Assembly: GCA_030429765.1 (NCBI GenBank)
Contig: JAUIER010000001.1
Coordinates: 65,014 to 129,013 of the forward strand
Length of the DNA: 64,000 bases
DNA from: a bacterium
GTDB taxonomy: Bacteria; Omnitrophota; Gorgyraeia; Zapsychrales; Zapsychraceae
Direction of reading: 5' to 3'
Under the pieces are notes generated by a model. That model had not been told where the DNA came from, searched no databases, and saw only the letters and a program-made list of their open reading frames with translations. Made by a program: the position numbers and the translations under genes. Every line of letters starts with the position of its first letter. Position 1 is the first letter of the stretch. Below are positions 49,918-60,025 of this stretch, in pieces.

Positions 49918-50817
49918 TTGAAATTCGTTTTTGTATTGACGTTTCATAAAGATATTGAAATCTGCCAAAACCGTATCAGAATGCTGCGTAGGCACAATCC
50001 TGACATACCGATTTACGGGGTTTATGGAGGTGAGCCGGATGAAGAAGCGGCTTTTCGCAAGGCCTTAGAAGGGAGATTAGACGGCTATTATTATTTTGAT
50101 GAACCTAAGGATGGCATGTGGAAATGGTTTAATTTTGATCTTCTGGTGACGAAATGGTACACAGACATAGGGAAAGATATGGACTTTGATTCGGTAATTT
50201 GGGTGCAATGGGATCAGCTCGTATTAGCGCCTGTAAAAGAACTGTTTAAGAACATAAAAAAAGGTGAAATGTTCATCACTGGTTTGCGGCCAGCTCAGGA
50301 AGTTATGGATTGGTGGTGTTGGGTGTCGAAGGACGCAGAGCAGGCGCCACCTGGGCATGGATATGAAACCTATATGGACTTTCTAAAGCATCTTAAGGAA
50401 GAATATAATTACAGTGAAGAGCCGGTATTTTCTCAGCCTTTTATAAGTATTTTCCCACGCGAATTTTTAGATCCTTACAGCAAACTAGAGTGGCCTATCG
50501 GTGGATACGGTGAATATCGTATGCCCATGTATGCACAAGTTTTTGGGGTGCCGTTTTACCGGTCTCATCATTATGAAGTATGGTGGCCCGATGATCCCGA
50601 GCAAAGGAATCCATCGGATGAAGAGAGGGTACTAACAGCATGGCAGGGTCCACTTCCCCTAAAACGAATTATGGAATTGTCCGCCGGTGAGAACGGACAC
50701 AAATTGATTCATCCCTATAGTAGAATTTACCCTCTGAATGCACTTGATTGGCTGAGATTGCTCAGGGACAAATTCTTAAACCGAAGGTATAGTCAGCCGG
50801 ATTCGGAAGAAAAGTGA
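49918..50817 (+). CDS. Hypothetical protein, possibly glycosyltransferase-like
   Basis: 299-aa ORF with TTG start and GGGG RBS; WVQWDQLV sits where a DxD motif might be. Confidence 0.55.
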   Translation: MKFVFVLTFHKDIEICQNRIRMLRRHNPDIPIYGVYGGEPDEEAAFRKALEGRLDGYYYFDEPKDGMWKWFNFDLLVTKWYTDIGKDMDFDSVIWVQWDQLVLAPVKELFKNIKKGEMFITGLRPAQEVMDWWCWVSKDAEQAPPGHGYETYMDFLKHLKEEYNYSEEPVFSQPFISIFPREFLDPYSKLEWPIGGYGEYRMPMYAQVFGVPFYRSHHYEVWWPDDPEQRNPSDEERVLTAWQGPLPLKRIMELSAGENGHKLIHPYSRIYPLNALDWLRLLRDKFLNRRYSQPDSEEK

Positions 50818-51028
50818 GTGCCCAAACGGTGCCTAACGAAAACCAAAACACCGGTAAACAAACCGAACAAGAGCTAAATAACCGATCACAAGGATTCATT
50901 CATTGCGGAATACATTTGTGTCACATCTTGTAATGAAAGGCAGTGATTTTTTAGCGGCTCGTTGCTATTGATGTTCTCGATTATTATTGTAATTTATTTC
51001 AGACCATCCGGAAAGTTAGGAGATTAAA

Positions 51029-51592
51029 ATGAAGAAAGTATTTTTGATAGTAACAGTATTGATGAGTATATCGATATTTTCGCAAGCTCAAGAGGCTGAT
51101 GTCCGCAAAGAATATTATCCGAATGGTCAAGTTCAATATGAAAGAAGTTATGTGAATGGTATACGACATGGTGTTTCAAAGATGTATTCAGAAGATGGTA
51201 ATTTGTGGCAAGATGTTATGTATGTTAATGGAAAAAAAGAGGGTCTTTGGAGGGAATATTACCCGAGTGGTGAGTTAAAAGAAACTCGTATTTATAAGAA
51301 CGATAGTGTTAATGGAATTGCCGTTAGATATTTTGAGGATGGGAAGCGTGAAAGAGAAACAATGTGGGTTAACAATATGCCTGACGGCAATGAAGGTATA
51401 AAAACTTGGGATTATTATGAAAATGGAAATCTAAAAGGCGAATATTTTTTTGCTCATCGTAAGGGCCATCGTAAGGATTATTATGAAAATGGTCAGGTAT
51501 CATTAGAGATGCAAATTGATAATGGTGAATTTTACTGTAAGAATTATGATGAAAGTGGAAGTTTTGTATCTTCTGAATGTCCAACTATGTAA
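51029..51592 (+). CDS. Secreted MORN-variant repeat protein
   Basis: Signal peptide; YYPNGQ / YYENGN repeats. Confidence 0.85.
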   Translation: MKKVFLIVTVLMSISIFSQAQEADVRKEYYPNGQVQYERSYVNGIRHGVSKMYSEDGNLWQDVMYVNGKKEGLWREYYPSGELKETRIYKNDSVNGIAVRYFEDGKRERETMWVNNMPDGNEGIKTWDYYENGNLKGEYFFAHRKGHRKDYYENGQVSLEMQIDNGEFYCKNYDESGSFVSSECPTM

Positions 51593-51688
51593 GAAGATTG
51601 CTTTTTAGAATCTTTTACATTTTTTGAAGCCCAAATGAAGTCCCGTAAGTTTATCCAAAGAGACAATTGGTATGGTATATTATCAGTT

Positions 51689-52387
51689 ATGAAAATAATT
51701 CAATTTAAAATTCTATTTATGATGATGGTAATGTTGTTGAGTCCGTCGTTAAGTTTTGCTGATAGTTGGGCAGGATTTGAAGGTGTTCAAGATAAGTGGA
51801 AGGCGTTTTCAGAAGAGCATATGAGTCTAATGCGAGAGGAGTTTGAACAAAGCTCTTGGGCCAAGCGGGGAAAAAAATTTGAGATGAAATGGACTGAATT
51901 AAATCCAACTCTATTTAAGAAATATTTTCCAGACTATAAGTTTTTCGGAGAAATGGGTTCTTCATTTGCCATCGATAAGGCGGGATCAATAATTCGATTT
52001 AAAAATATAATGCTACTAGGAAGGAAAAACATAGCATCTCCAGATCTACAAATTAAATATTTTTTTTCGTTTCTTGAAGAGTCAGATTTGAAAGTGACTG
52101 ATTCTGAAACCGCTGCCGATGTGGGGCGAATGATTGACTGGATTCAGAGTTCAGGTAGATCGAATTATAAAACAGGTAGTCCGGATGATTATAGGGTAAC
52201 TCGAAAAGATTATGGGTGGTATGTAAATACCCCCGATTTTAGTAGAGGCACGTCTGCTTATCTGCATGGGGATTATGAAATAATTACGGACGAAGTAGGT
52301 AACATATTGGATGTTAAGCGCCACGATATGATGGGCGGAATTGGCGCTGGGTCTGGTGGTGCGGTGAGAAAATTAGAAGATATTTAG
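51689..52387 (+). CDS. Exported hypothetical protein
   Basis: Signal peptide ending SFA. Confidence 0.65.
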   Translation: MKIIQFKILFMMMVMLLSPSLSFADSWAGFEGVQDKWKAFSEEHMSLMREEFEQSSWAKRGKKFEMKWTELNPTLFKKYFPDYKFFGEMGSSFAIDKAGSIIRFKNIMLLGRKNIASPDLQIKYFFSFLEESDLKVTDSETAADVGRMIDWIQSSGRSNYKTGSPDDYRVTRKDYGWYVNTPDFSRGTSAYLHGDYEIITDEVGNILDVKRHDMMGGIGAGSGGAVRKLEDI

Positions 52388-52901
52388 TGTGTGCTTACTA
52401 CGTAAGATAAATAAATTTAAAAAAGGCACTTCACACATGTGAGGTGCCTTTTTTGGTGCCCAAACGGTGCCTAACGAAAACCAAAACAACGGTAAACAAA
52501 CCTAACAAAACCTAAACAACCGGACAGTTTTAAAAAGGTGTTTTCCGATGAGACTTGAAGCAATATATTGAAAATAAAGGGTTTATGTAAAATCGACTAA
52601 ACGTATCCCCGCACCTCCATAATTTAAATAAGGGTTTGTAAGTAACTGTCACACAGCTATTTGCAAACCCTTTTTTATTTTGGGATGCCGAGGTGCCGAA
52701 ATGGTGCCTTAAGTGAATCCCTAGGCTGTCACAGTTGGTCCTGGTTTGTCGTCGGGTGTCCTGTTGACCAAGATATTATCGATTGATAACATTAATCGAA
52801 AACTGTTAGAGATGAGAAATACCTATGAAGTATCTGATAGCCACTGTGATTGTTTTCAGTTGTACATTTGGTAAAGCAGTACCTTTAAATTGAGAGAGGC
52901 G

Positions 52902-53558
52902 ATGAAAAAATTATTTGGATTATGTTTCACGACGATACTAGTCTTCTGTATGCACTCCTCGGCTTTTGCAGTTATCGTGTATGACTCTTTTGGTCCGGGT
53001 CAAACTTACAGTTTTGGGCCTATATATCCGGTCGAAAATTATTTCACTTCTAGTGTTGGATCAAATAAACAACATGCAGATCAGTTTATACCAGCTGTGG
53101 ATGTTAATCTTGGTCAGATAGATGTAGCAGTTCAGGATGCTTTTCAAGTTAATAAAGTCGATCTAACTATTATGACTGACAGTTTGGGGGTGCCCGGATC
53201 AATTGTAGAGTCGTTCAGCCTACAGGATGCGATGGCCCGCTCAAATACGCCTAATGCATTTGTTACGGCCACATCCATTGTCAGGCCGGTACTGCAGGCA
53301 GGTGTTCCATATTGGTTGGTAGTGGCCGCTCCCGAGAACTTAGTTCAAATAGCGTATTTTATGAACGATCAGGATATATTCGGGCAGCATGCCGTGCGTC
53401 AAAACGGGGGGCCTTGGGAGGTAAGTAGAGAAATTCAGGGTGTTTTTAGAATCACAGGAGATGCAGTAAATGCGAGTGCCGTTCCCGAACCAACCACCGT
53501 ACTCTTATTTGGCACAGGAATGATCGGCGCCGCTTTACGACGTAGAAAACAAGCGTAG
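52902..53558 (+). CDS. PEP-CTERM sorting-domain protein
   Basis: Signal peptide; VPEPTTVLLFGTGMIGAALRRRK. Confidence 0.92.
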   Translation: MKKLFGLCFTTILVFCMHSSAFAVIVYDSFGPGQTYSFGPIYPVENYFTSSVGSNKQHADQFIPAVDVNLGQIDVAVQDAFQVNKVDLTIMTDSLGVPGSIVESFSLQDAMARSNTPNAFVTATSIVRPVLQAGVPYWLVVAAPENLVQIAYFMNDQDIFGQHAVRQNGGPWEVSREIQGVFRITGDAVNASAVPEPTTVLLFGTGMIGAALRRRKQA

Positions 53559-53654
53559 CCAATATATATAAAATTTCAAAGAAGGCACTTCACACCCGTG
53601 AGGTGCCTTTTTTATTGCCTTGAGTCAATGTTTAGCAGGTAGTAAAATATTCAA

Positions 53655-54284
53655 ATGAAAAAGATATTACAAGGCGCTTACAAAATTAGCTGGTTCTGTA
53701 TTTCTCTTTTTTCAGCGATTTCATGCACACATTTAGAATCTTTGTCCAATAGGTCCGGTCCGGTCTCTATGCCGTTCTGGGTATATGTTGATTATGCTTC
53801 ACCTGATAATCATTACGATGCCTCCGGATATATGGGCGATCACAGAGATATAAGTGTGGATCTCAACAGTATCAATTTCCCGTATCGGGGAAATAGTGCT
53901 CTGAAATTTAGTATGGTCGCGAGTGATGCGACTGGAGAGGGATGGGCCGGTCTATATTTTCAGGATCCGCCGAATAATTGGGGGACCATGCATGGCGGGT
54001 ATAATTTACAAAATGCCAAGAAACTTACGTTTTTTGCCAGGGGTAAAACCGGTAAAGAGTTGATTTACCAGTTTAAAGTCGGTGGTATCAAAGGAGACCT
54101 CCAGGCGGATACCGCGGTGGCTTTTATACAGAATATTCGTTTAACTAAGGACTGGAAGCAATATACGATTAATTTAGAAGGTTATAATCTTTCTAATATC
54201 GTCGGGGGCTTCTGCTGGATTGCTATCAAAAAAGACAACCCGGATGGCTTAACATTTTACATCGATGACATACGTTTCGAATGA
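53655..54284 (+). CDS. Lipoprotein with a galactose-binding/CBM-like domain
   Basis: Lipobox AISC; GWAG.YF, LTF.ARG, LTKDWKQY.I.L, FYIDDIRFE. Confidence 0.75.
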   Translation: MKKILQGAYKISWFCISLFSAISCTHLESLSNRSGPVSMPFWVYVDYASPDNHYDASGYMGDHRDISVDLNSINFPYRGNSALKFSMVASDATGEGWAGLYFQDPPNNWGTMHGGYNLQNAKKLTFFARGKTGKELIYQFKVGGIKGDLQADTAVAFIQNIRLTKDWKQYTINLEGYNLSNIVGGFCWIAIKKDNPDGLTFYIDDIRFE

Positions 54285-54552
54285 ATCTGGTGACTAAACA
54301 CCCGTGCCAGACTCCACGCAATCGAATCATGCCAAAATCCCACCATGATGTAATGGCAAGTAGGTATCGTGAATTATTTTAAAAGATTGATGTCGTATAG
54401 ATCAGCTGCATCTCTATGTGAGGTGTCGTTTTTGTACTCAAGTGGTAGAAATGTTCTGATCTTGAGTCAATGAAGAAACGGGAGTAGAATAACCTAAAAA
54501 CAGAAAGTTTTAGCTTATTATTTAGCAAGTTGGAAAACATGAGGAAATACTG

Positions 54553-54897
54553 ATGCTTCGTGCAACATCCCGCCAATTATTATTCATTTTGGTCTATCCA
54601 ATATTTCATATAGCACTAATCTTTATTTCCATTCGAATGTTGCTTAGTACAGGATTTAATCCCTCAAGCCTTGTTCATGCTACTAGAACACAAATGCTAC
54701 TTACGGAAGTAGGGTATTATTTATCGCCAATCTTAATTTGGCCGTGCTTCATTCTAGAAGGTTTTGGATTTCAACATGACAGCTTGGTTTTAGGTGGAAG
54801 AAATATTGGTGATTATGTTGCATTTTATGCGTGCGGCATCATCTATGCCATAATTGGGATAGCCTTATTCAATATTTATAAGAAGATTTTCAAGTAG
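54553..54897 (+). CDS. Hypothetical membrane protein
   Basis: Three hydrophobic segments; GAGG RBS. Confidence 0.55.
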   Translation: MLRATSRQLLFILVYPIFHIALIFISIRMLLSTGFNPSSLVHATRTQMLLTEVGYYLSPILIWPCFILEGFGFQHDSLVLGGRNIGDYVAFYACGIIYAIIGIALFNIYKKIFK

Positions 54898-55183
54898 AGC
54901 AATTTTGCTTTTTGCAGAGTTGTTTATTTATTGGCTTCGATATTTAATGTGCAAAGGAGTAACTCTATTGTTTAGAAAAGACGTAGTATTGATGCTGATT
55001 ACGAATTTGGGATTTATTGTGATTGCTGCTTTAATGTCCTTGATTTTGCCTAATATATTTTAGTGAAACATAGTCATGAACGTACATAGAAATTAAAATC
55101 TTTGGTCTACGCAATGGCTAGTTTTTGCGAAATTTTATCTTTATAGCTGAGTATATGCCTCTAATTAAAGTGAGATACAGAAT

Positions 55184-56194
55184 ATGAAATTTACACCTGT
55201 TTGGAATAGACATCTACATCAAGCAATAAATCGTAATGGTTTAATAGTCGAAGAAAGATTTATATACGTTACTGAAAGAGGCCAATTTCTTACTAAATTA
55301 GAAGTTCTAACGGGAAAAGAACTATGGACGGTTAAAACAGGTGATGCTTGGGGGTGGCTGCTTCGATCTGAATCGAAGTTATATTATTTAACACAATCTG
55401 GGACTTTATTGGAAGTAAATATTGAAACAGCAGAAATTAGTAAGATTAGTGAGGAGGAGTTTTACTATCCAGGATATATAATTCGATCCAAAGATTTTTT
55501 TATAACAGGAGGGTGGAGAGGGTATTCGGATCTAGTTTGTTATAATTCAGCGTTATCTAGGAAGTTATGGACTAAAGATACCAGCAGCCAATCATTAATA
55601 GATTTTTCAATTCCATATATTATCCGAAACAAACTTTTGTTCACTGTTAATCATAGCTCAAAAAGAATAATAATATATGAACTCATTTCTGGTGAGCTTA
55701 AGGCTGAGATGGAACTTCCAAAAAATATAGGATGTCCAGACTTGGGGAGGTCATATCAGATTATAGACGGTAGGATCACGTTTGTGTCGTGGGACGGCAA
55801 AATATATACACTTGCTGACGATTTCAGGAGTTTGCATTGTGAGGATTTAAACGTGGATTGCGTATCCACGAATCTACCACTCTTTGATGGGGAAAATATT
55901 TTATTTGAAGACGGAAATAGTAACTGTATTTTATACCGACGTAGTGACAGCAAAATATTGTGGCAAATTAAGATTGAAAACAATTTCAAGACCAATATTT
56001 TTGCATGCAAACTAATGAATGAATGCTATCTAGTAGGAGGATCGACGGGGCAACTAAGTATTGTGGATGAGGAGGGAATCAGACGGAGAGATATAAAATC
56101 TGAAAGACGAATCACTACGGGTATATCTAGAATTAATGACCTAATCGTTTTATGCACGAAAAGTGATATTAAGGTATTGAGTTTCAATGAATAG
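55184..56194 (+). CDS. PQQ/BamB-like beta-propeller hypothetical protein
   Basis: TGKELW, KLWT and KILWQ repeat ends; beta-rich. Confidence 0.6.
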   Translation: MKFTPVWNRHLHQAINRNGLIVEERFIYVTERGQFLTKLEVLTGKELWTVKTGDAWGWLLRSESKLYYLTQSGTLLEVNIETAEISKISEEEFYYPGYIIRSKDFFITGGWRGYSDLVCYNSALSRKLWTKDTSSQSLIDFSIPYIIRNKLLFTVNHSSKRIIIYELISGELKAEMELPKNIGCPDLGRSYQIIDGRITFVSWDGKIYTLADDFRSLHCEDLNVDCVSTNLPLFDGENILFEDGNSNCILYRRSDSKILWQIKIENNFKTNIFACKLMNECYLVGGSTGQLSIVDEEGIRRRDIKSERRITTGISRINDLIVLCTKSDIKVLSFNE

Positions 56195-56314
56195 AATACA
56201 GTGAAACTCGGAAAAATTAGACGGATAACCAAATAAGCAGAGTAGGATGATCTACGATGCATTCCTAGTCAAAAACTATATAGCGCATCTTAATTATAAA
56301 GCCTAATTGGGGAG

Positions 56315-56824
56315 ATGAATTTGGACTATGAACCAATTTTAAAGAAACGATTTAGAAGTGTTCAGTTTCTCACATTGCAAATACTGATAACGATCCTAAT
56401 TTGTGGATGTGCGGCATATTTTGTGTCGAAAGATCAACAAATCGTTAATGAGGATGTCGCTGTTTTTAGGTTAATTATGATTAGCGTTTCAGTAACTATG
56501 GTTTTATTGCTACCAATTGCAAGAAAGGTAATACCTAAGATGAGAAGATCCGTGTCAGCAAAGTCTAGAAATCTGTCTGACGAAGAAATCTATATTAATA
56601 AACTTATGGTTTCCGATGCTGTAGGAGTGTCCGTTTCGCAATGTCCTGCCATTGGAGGTTTAGCAACGACTTGTATTTCCAATAACATAACTGACTATTA
56701 CATTTTAGGAGGATTTGGTCTTGTTATTCTATTTTTAAATCTTCCTAACTATTCAAAGTGGATAGAGAAATTTGAAAGAGAATTCAATTTAGCTACTTGG
56801 AGACAAGGCAGTTTTACACAATAG
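56315..56824 (+). CDS. Hypothetical membrane protein
   Basis: About four TMs; GGGGAG RBS. Confidence 0.6.
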   Translation: MNLDYEPILKKRFRSVQFLTLQILITILICGCAAYFVSKDQQIVNEDVAVFRLIMISVSVTMVLLLPIARKVIPKMRRSVSAKSRNLSDEEIYINKLMVSDAVGVSVSQCPAIGGLATTCISNNITDYYILGGFGLVILFLNLPNYSKWIEKFEREFNLATWRQGSFTQ

Positions 56825-56863
56825 TGCTATAACTATTAGTCGGCAAAAAGAAGTTGTGAAATT

Positions 56864-57121
56864 ATGAAATATGAAGGTACGACCTTAAACGAACGTCTTT
56901 TGAAAGCGGGTTTGTTAGATGGGTTCAACAGAGTGTCTCGAAAAGGGGACAGGGAAGGTATGATCGCAATTTTGAAACGAGTCGAACTGGATGAGCGACA
57001 AATCTCATATACTGTTGATATTATTACTCGTCGGCAGAGGAAGTTCCTAGTTTTCATGTATGGATTTTTGATAGTTACAGCGATATTGATTTTATTGGGG
57101 TTTGTAGTAGAGGGAATTTAA
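56864..57121 (+). CDS. Small hypothetical protein with a C-terminal TM
   Basis: GTTLNERL..AGL..F N-terminal motif. Confidence 0.6.
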   Translation: MKYEGTTLNERLLKAGLLDGFNRVSRKGDREGMIAILKRVELDERQISYTVDIITRRQRKFLVFMYGFLIVTAILILLGFVVEGI

Positions 57122-57137
57122 GAGTGCGGGTAGAGAG

Positions 57138-57536
57138 ATGAAGATTTTGGAAAGGATATTTTGGGTAGGGTTGACTTTATTAACACTGATATTGATTTGG
57201 ATAGGTTTCAGTCGCTTATTGGATTCACCCAATAATTGGGTTGGGGTTCTGGTTGCGACCTTGTTTTTCCTGATTATGGGTACGGTGTCATTCGGTAAGT
57301 GTATATTGAGTTTTAGCGAGATAGCAAATTGGAAGGATTATGACACAATAGAGAATTTGAACTATTTTTTATATATGCTTGCATCAGTTGCTTTTGTAGG
57401 GGCTGGATTATACCTAATTGCTTCCGAGGGGATGTCCATGGGGGCTTTAGGCGGAATAGTATTCTTTGGATTTGGTGGCATTATTTTTGGGTATATGTTG
57501 AATTCAAATTTAAAACGGATACGGAAGAATAGGTAG
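57138..57536 (+). CDS. Hypothetical four-TM membrane protein
   Basis: Hydrophobicity pattern. Confidence 0.6.
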   Translation: MKILERIFWVGLTLLTLILIWIGFSRLLDSPNNWVGVLVATLFFLIMGTVSFGKCILSFSEIANWKDYDTIENLNYFLYMLASVAFVGAGLYLIASEGMSMGALGGIVFFGFGGIIFGYMLNSNLKRIRKNR

Positions 57537-57669
57537 TATATGGCAATCCTAAGAATTAAATGGAGCAGTTAATATATTGACTTTACGATGGATGCAAAGT
57601 CTCGGTAGGAGCGTTAACATCCATGATCAACAAAAAACGAAATCTAACAAGCCCGGAAACTCATAATCT

Positions 57670-58527
57670 ATGCTCGCCGTAAGAATACCAAATCTGCTGC
57701 TTCCTCTCACCCTAACCATCGCTCTATCAATTCTCCTGGGCGGTTGCGCGGCTTCGGGGAAGGGCTATGATTACACTCAGCCAGACCGGCCGCGGTTTGT
57801 CTCTGCGGATGCGGTTGCGACCAGGCACACCGACCCGGAGTCAATAAAGATAGTCTCCTACAATATCAAATTTGCCGAACGCGTCGACGAGGCCATCCAA
57901 CTCTTGCAGTCGCACGCGGAGCTTCGAGATGCCGATTTTATCTTTCTTCAGGAGATGGACATGACTGGTGTCGAACGGATTGCTGCGACGCTGAATTATA
58001 ATTACGTCTACTATCCGACCTCCAAGCACCCTTACCATCAAAAAAATTTCGGCAACGCGATTCTGTCCAAATGGCCGCTCATTGAAGATGAAAAGATTAT
58101 CTTTGGGCCTTCACGTTATGTGAGTCGGCAACGGGTCACGGTGAGGGCGCGCGCTCAGCTCCATAATCAAACCGTTGACCTCTTTAATGTCCATATGCAT
58201 GTGAAGATCAAGCCGCATGAACGGGCCAGGCGTCTTCAAACATTGATCGAGAAATCTGACGAGAGAAGCGATTACGTGATCATCGCGGGTGATTTTAATA
58301 CCTATTGGCCGCGGGAAAGTCGATATGTACGGGAAGCGCTCATCAATCATCGTTTTGATTTCGCAACCAGCGAAGTGGACTGGACGTTTCGGCACTGGAT
58401 ATTCCTGAACAAGGCGTATGTTCTGGACTATATTTTTGCCCGAGGTTTTGAGGTGTTGGAGGCGGGAGCCGTGGAAGACCGGTCGGCCAGCGATCATCTG
58501 CCGATTTGGGCTGAGCTGAAACTATAG
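57670..58527 (+). CDS. Endonuclease/exonuclease/phosphatase (EEP) family lipoprotein
   Basis: Lipobox LGGC; SYNI, LQE, GNAILS, AGDFN, LDYIF, SDHLP. Confidence 0.92.
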   Translation: MLAVRIPNLLLPLTLTIALSILLGGCAASGKGYDYTQPDRPRFVSADAVATRHTDPESIKIVSYNIKFAERVDEAIQLLQSHAELRDADFIFLQEMDMTGVERIAATLNYNYVYYPTSKHPYHQKNFGNAILSKWPLIEDEKIIFGPSRYVSRQRVTVRARAQLHNQTVDLFNVHMHVKIKPHERARRLQTLIEKSDERSDYVIIAGDFNTYWPRESRYVREALINHRFDFATSEVDWTFRHWIFLNKAYVLDYIFARGFEVLEAGAVEDRSASDHLPIWAELKL

Positions 58528-58659
58528 ATGAAAGCGTAGAGCGCTTCAGGTCTTCAAATAAAGTGATTCCACGAAATTTTCTTTCCTGATAAAATAGGCG
58601 TCCGATCAAGAAAAGTACCGTGATGTCTAATAATAACCGTATATGAGGAAGGTATTATC

Positions 58660-59085
58660 ATGCTTTCAAGAAAATCCAAACCTTCATCCGATGTGCAACA
58701 CATCAGTCTTTCAATTAAACGCAGCTACAATGAGGTTTACAAATTTACGTCCAATCCGGCTAATCTGCCCCGCTGGGTCGAAGGATTGACGGGTAATATC
58801 AGTCAGGTCGATGGTGAATGGGTGGCCGAATCAACCAACGGAAAGATCAAAGTTCGTTTCACCGATCCTAATCCATACGGCGTGCTCGATCATGAGATGG
58901 AATTGGAGAATGGCTACAACTTTACAAATGTCCTGCGTGTCGTTCCGAATGAGCAAGGCTGTGAAATTATTTTCACGTTGTTTCGCCAGTCGGATAAGAG
59001 CAAATCTGAATTTGAGGAAGACGGAAAAATGGTCGAGGCCGATCTGGCCAAGTTGAAGAATATTCTCGAGGCGGAGAGATCATGA
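58660..59085 (+). CDS. SRPBCC/polyketide cyclase family protein
   Basis: NPANLPRW, GVLDH, RVVPN, DLAKLK. Confidence 0.85.
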   Translation: MLSRKSKPSSDVQHISLSIKRSYNEVYKFTSNPANLPRWVEGLTGNISQVDGEWVAESTNGKIKVRFTDPNPYGVLDHEMELENGYNFTNVLRVVPNEQGCEIIFTLFRQSDKSKSEFEEDGKMVEADLAKLKNILEAERS

Positions 59086-59291
59086 CCGTGTTTCAAAAAT
59101 CTTAGACTCTTTAATAAATTGGAATGTTGTAAAAAATATGCAAGGCACTTCGCTGAGGCGAGGTGCCTTTTTTTTGTTAATGAACGGCTGTAAATGAGCT
59201 GTCCTAGTGTGTCCAATACTGTCCCGTTGTCCCGTGAAACAGGCCATGCTATAGTGTAACCATTAATTGGCAACCAATGGGGCGACGTGTT

Positions 59292-59894
59292 ATGCAAAAA
59301 ATGACAACAATTTTAGTGTGCTTCATGGTCACTATGCTGGGTGCGAGCCGGGCCGATGCTTTAGTGCTTTTTGACGGATTATTTGCTGAAGGAGTTATCG
59401 GCGGTGTGGGTACAAATCCGAACGTAATTTTTACGGCATCTTACCTGGGAATTGCGGATACGACGATTTTTGGCGGTGAAACTTTCGATATCACGGACCC
59501 TACCAATGTGGGGCGAATGTTCACAGTATCAGCAGGAGATGCAGGGTTTACTGAATTCAGTTCAAATATCACAAATGGAGTAATTCAGGGAGTATTGGTT
59601 GATTTCGCCTTTGGTGGTGGATCAGCACAATCAGTTTTTTTGGAGTCAAGTTACTTTGGAAGTAGCTCGTTTAGTTTGAACAGCTATGACTATGCAGGTT
59701 ACGCAATAGACTCTTATAAAGTCACGATTGATTCTATTACCCAGTCGCCAACCAATGCTGATTTTTATGAATTTTCAAGTTCACTCATTGTCAATGGTGA
59801 GCGAATAACAAATGTTGTCCCCGAACCCTCCACCATGCTGTTGTTCGGTGTGGGTATGCTTGGGGTATCATGGCGAAGAATGAATCGCCACTAA
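59292..59894 (+). CDS. PEP-CTERM sorting-domain protein
   Basis: Signal peptide; VPEPSTMLLFGVGMLGVSWRR. Confidence 0.92.
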   Translation: MQKMTTILVCFMVTMLGASRADALVLFDGLFAEGVIGGVGTNPNVIFTASYLGIADTTIFGGETFDITDPTNVGRMFTVSAGDAGFTEFSSNITNGVIQGVLVDFAFGGGSAQSVFLESSYFGSSSFSLNSYDYAGYAIDSYKVTIDSITQSPTNADFYEFSSSLIVNGERITNVVPEPSTMLLFGVGMLGVSWRRMNRH

Positions 59895-60025
59895 AGTATG
59901 TATGTGTTCATAATATAGTAACAAACAGATACTTAATATAGATGTCCATTGGAATAATTTACTTAAACATTGGGTAACGATATTGAAAAACTAGGTACTT
60001 ACTTTTGAACTATTTAGGGGGATTA

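Larger units (their letters stand above)
49680..52619. mobile_element. Integrase-less island remnant integrated at the ssrA 3' end
   Basis: 14-bp direct repeat TCCCCGCACCTCCA at 49666-49679 and 52606-52619, each followed by a similar long hairpin and GTGCC repeats. Confidence 0.7.
49753..52712 (+). repeat. Dispersed GTGCCCAAAC(G/A)GTGCC(T/C)AA-headed repeat at 49753-49804, 50818-50884, 52456-52522 and a degenerate copy at 52693-52712
   Basis: Copies 2 and 3 match at 62 of 67 positions by manual alignment. Confidence 0.85.

Noticed and set aside
52606-52619. Second tmRNA 3' copy as an alternative 3' exon or a tRNA gene
   Set aside because: It is preceded by A rather than the terminal G a group I intron needs, lies beyond terminators, and has no upstream cloverleaf.
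54285-57669. Classical integron attC sites between the small AT-rich ORFs
   Set aside because: Isolated TAAC/GTT words occur, but I could not find paired R and L boxes and there is no intI in the window; IntegronFinder would settle it.
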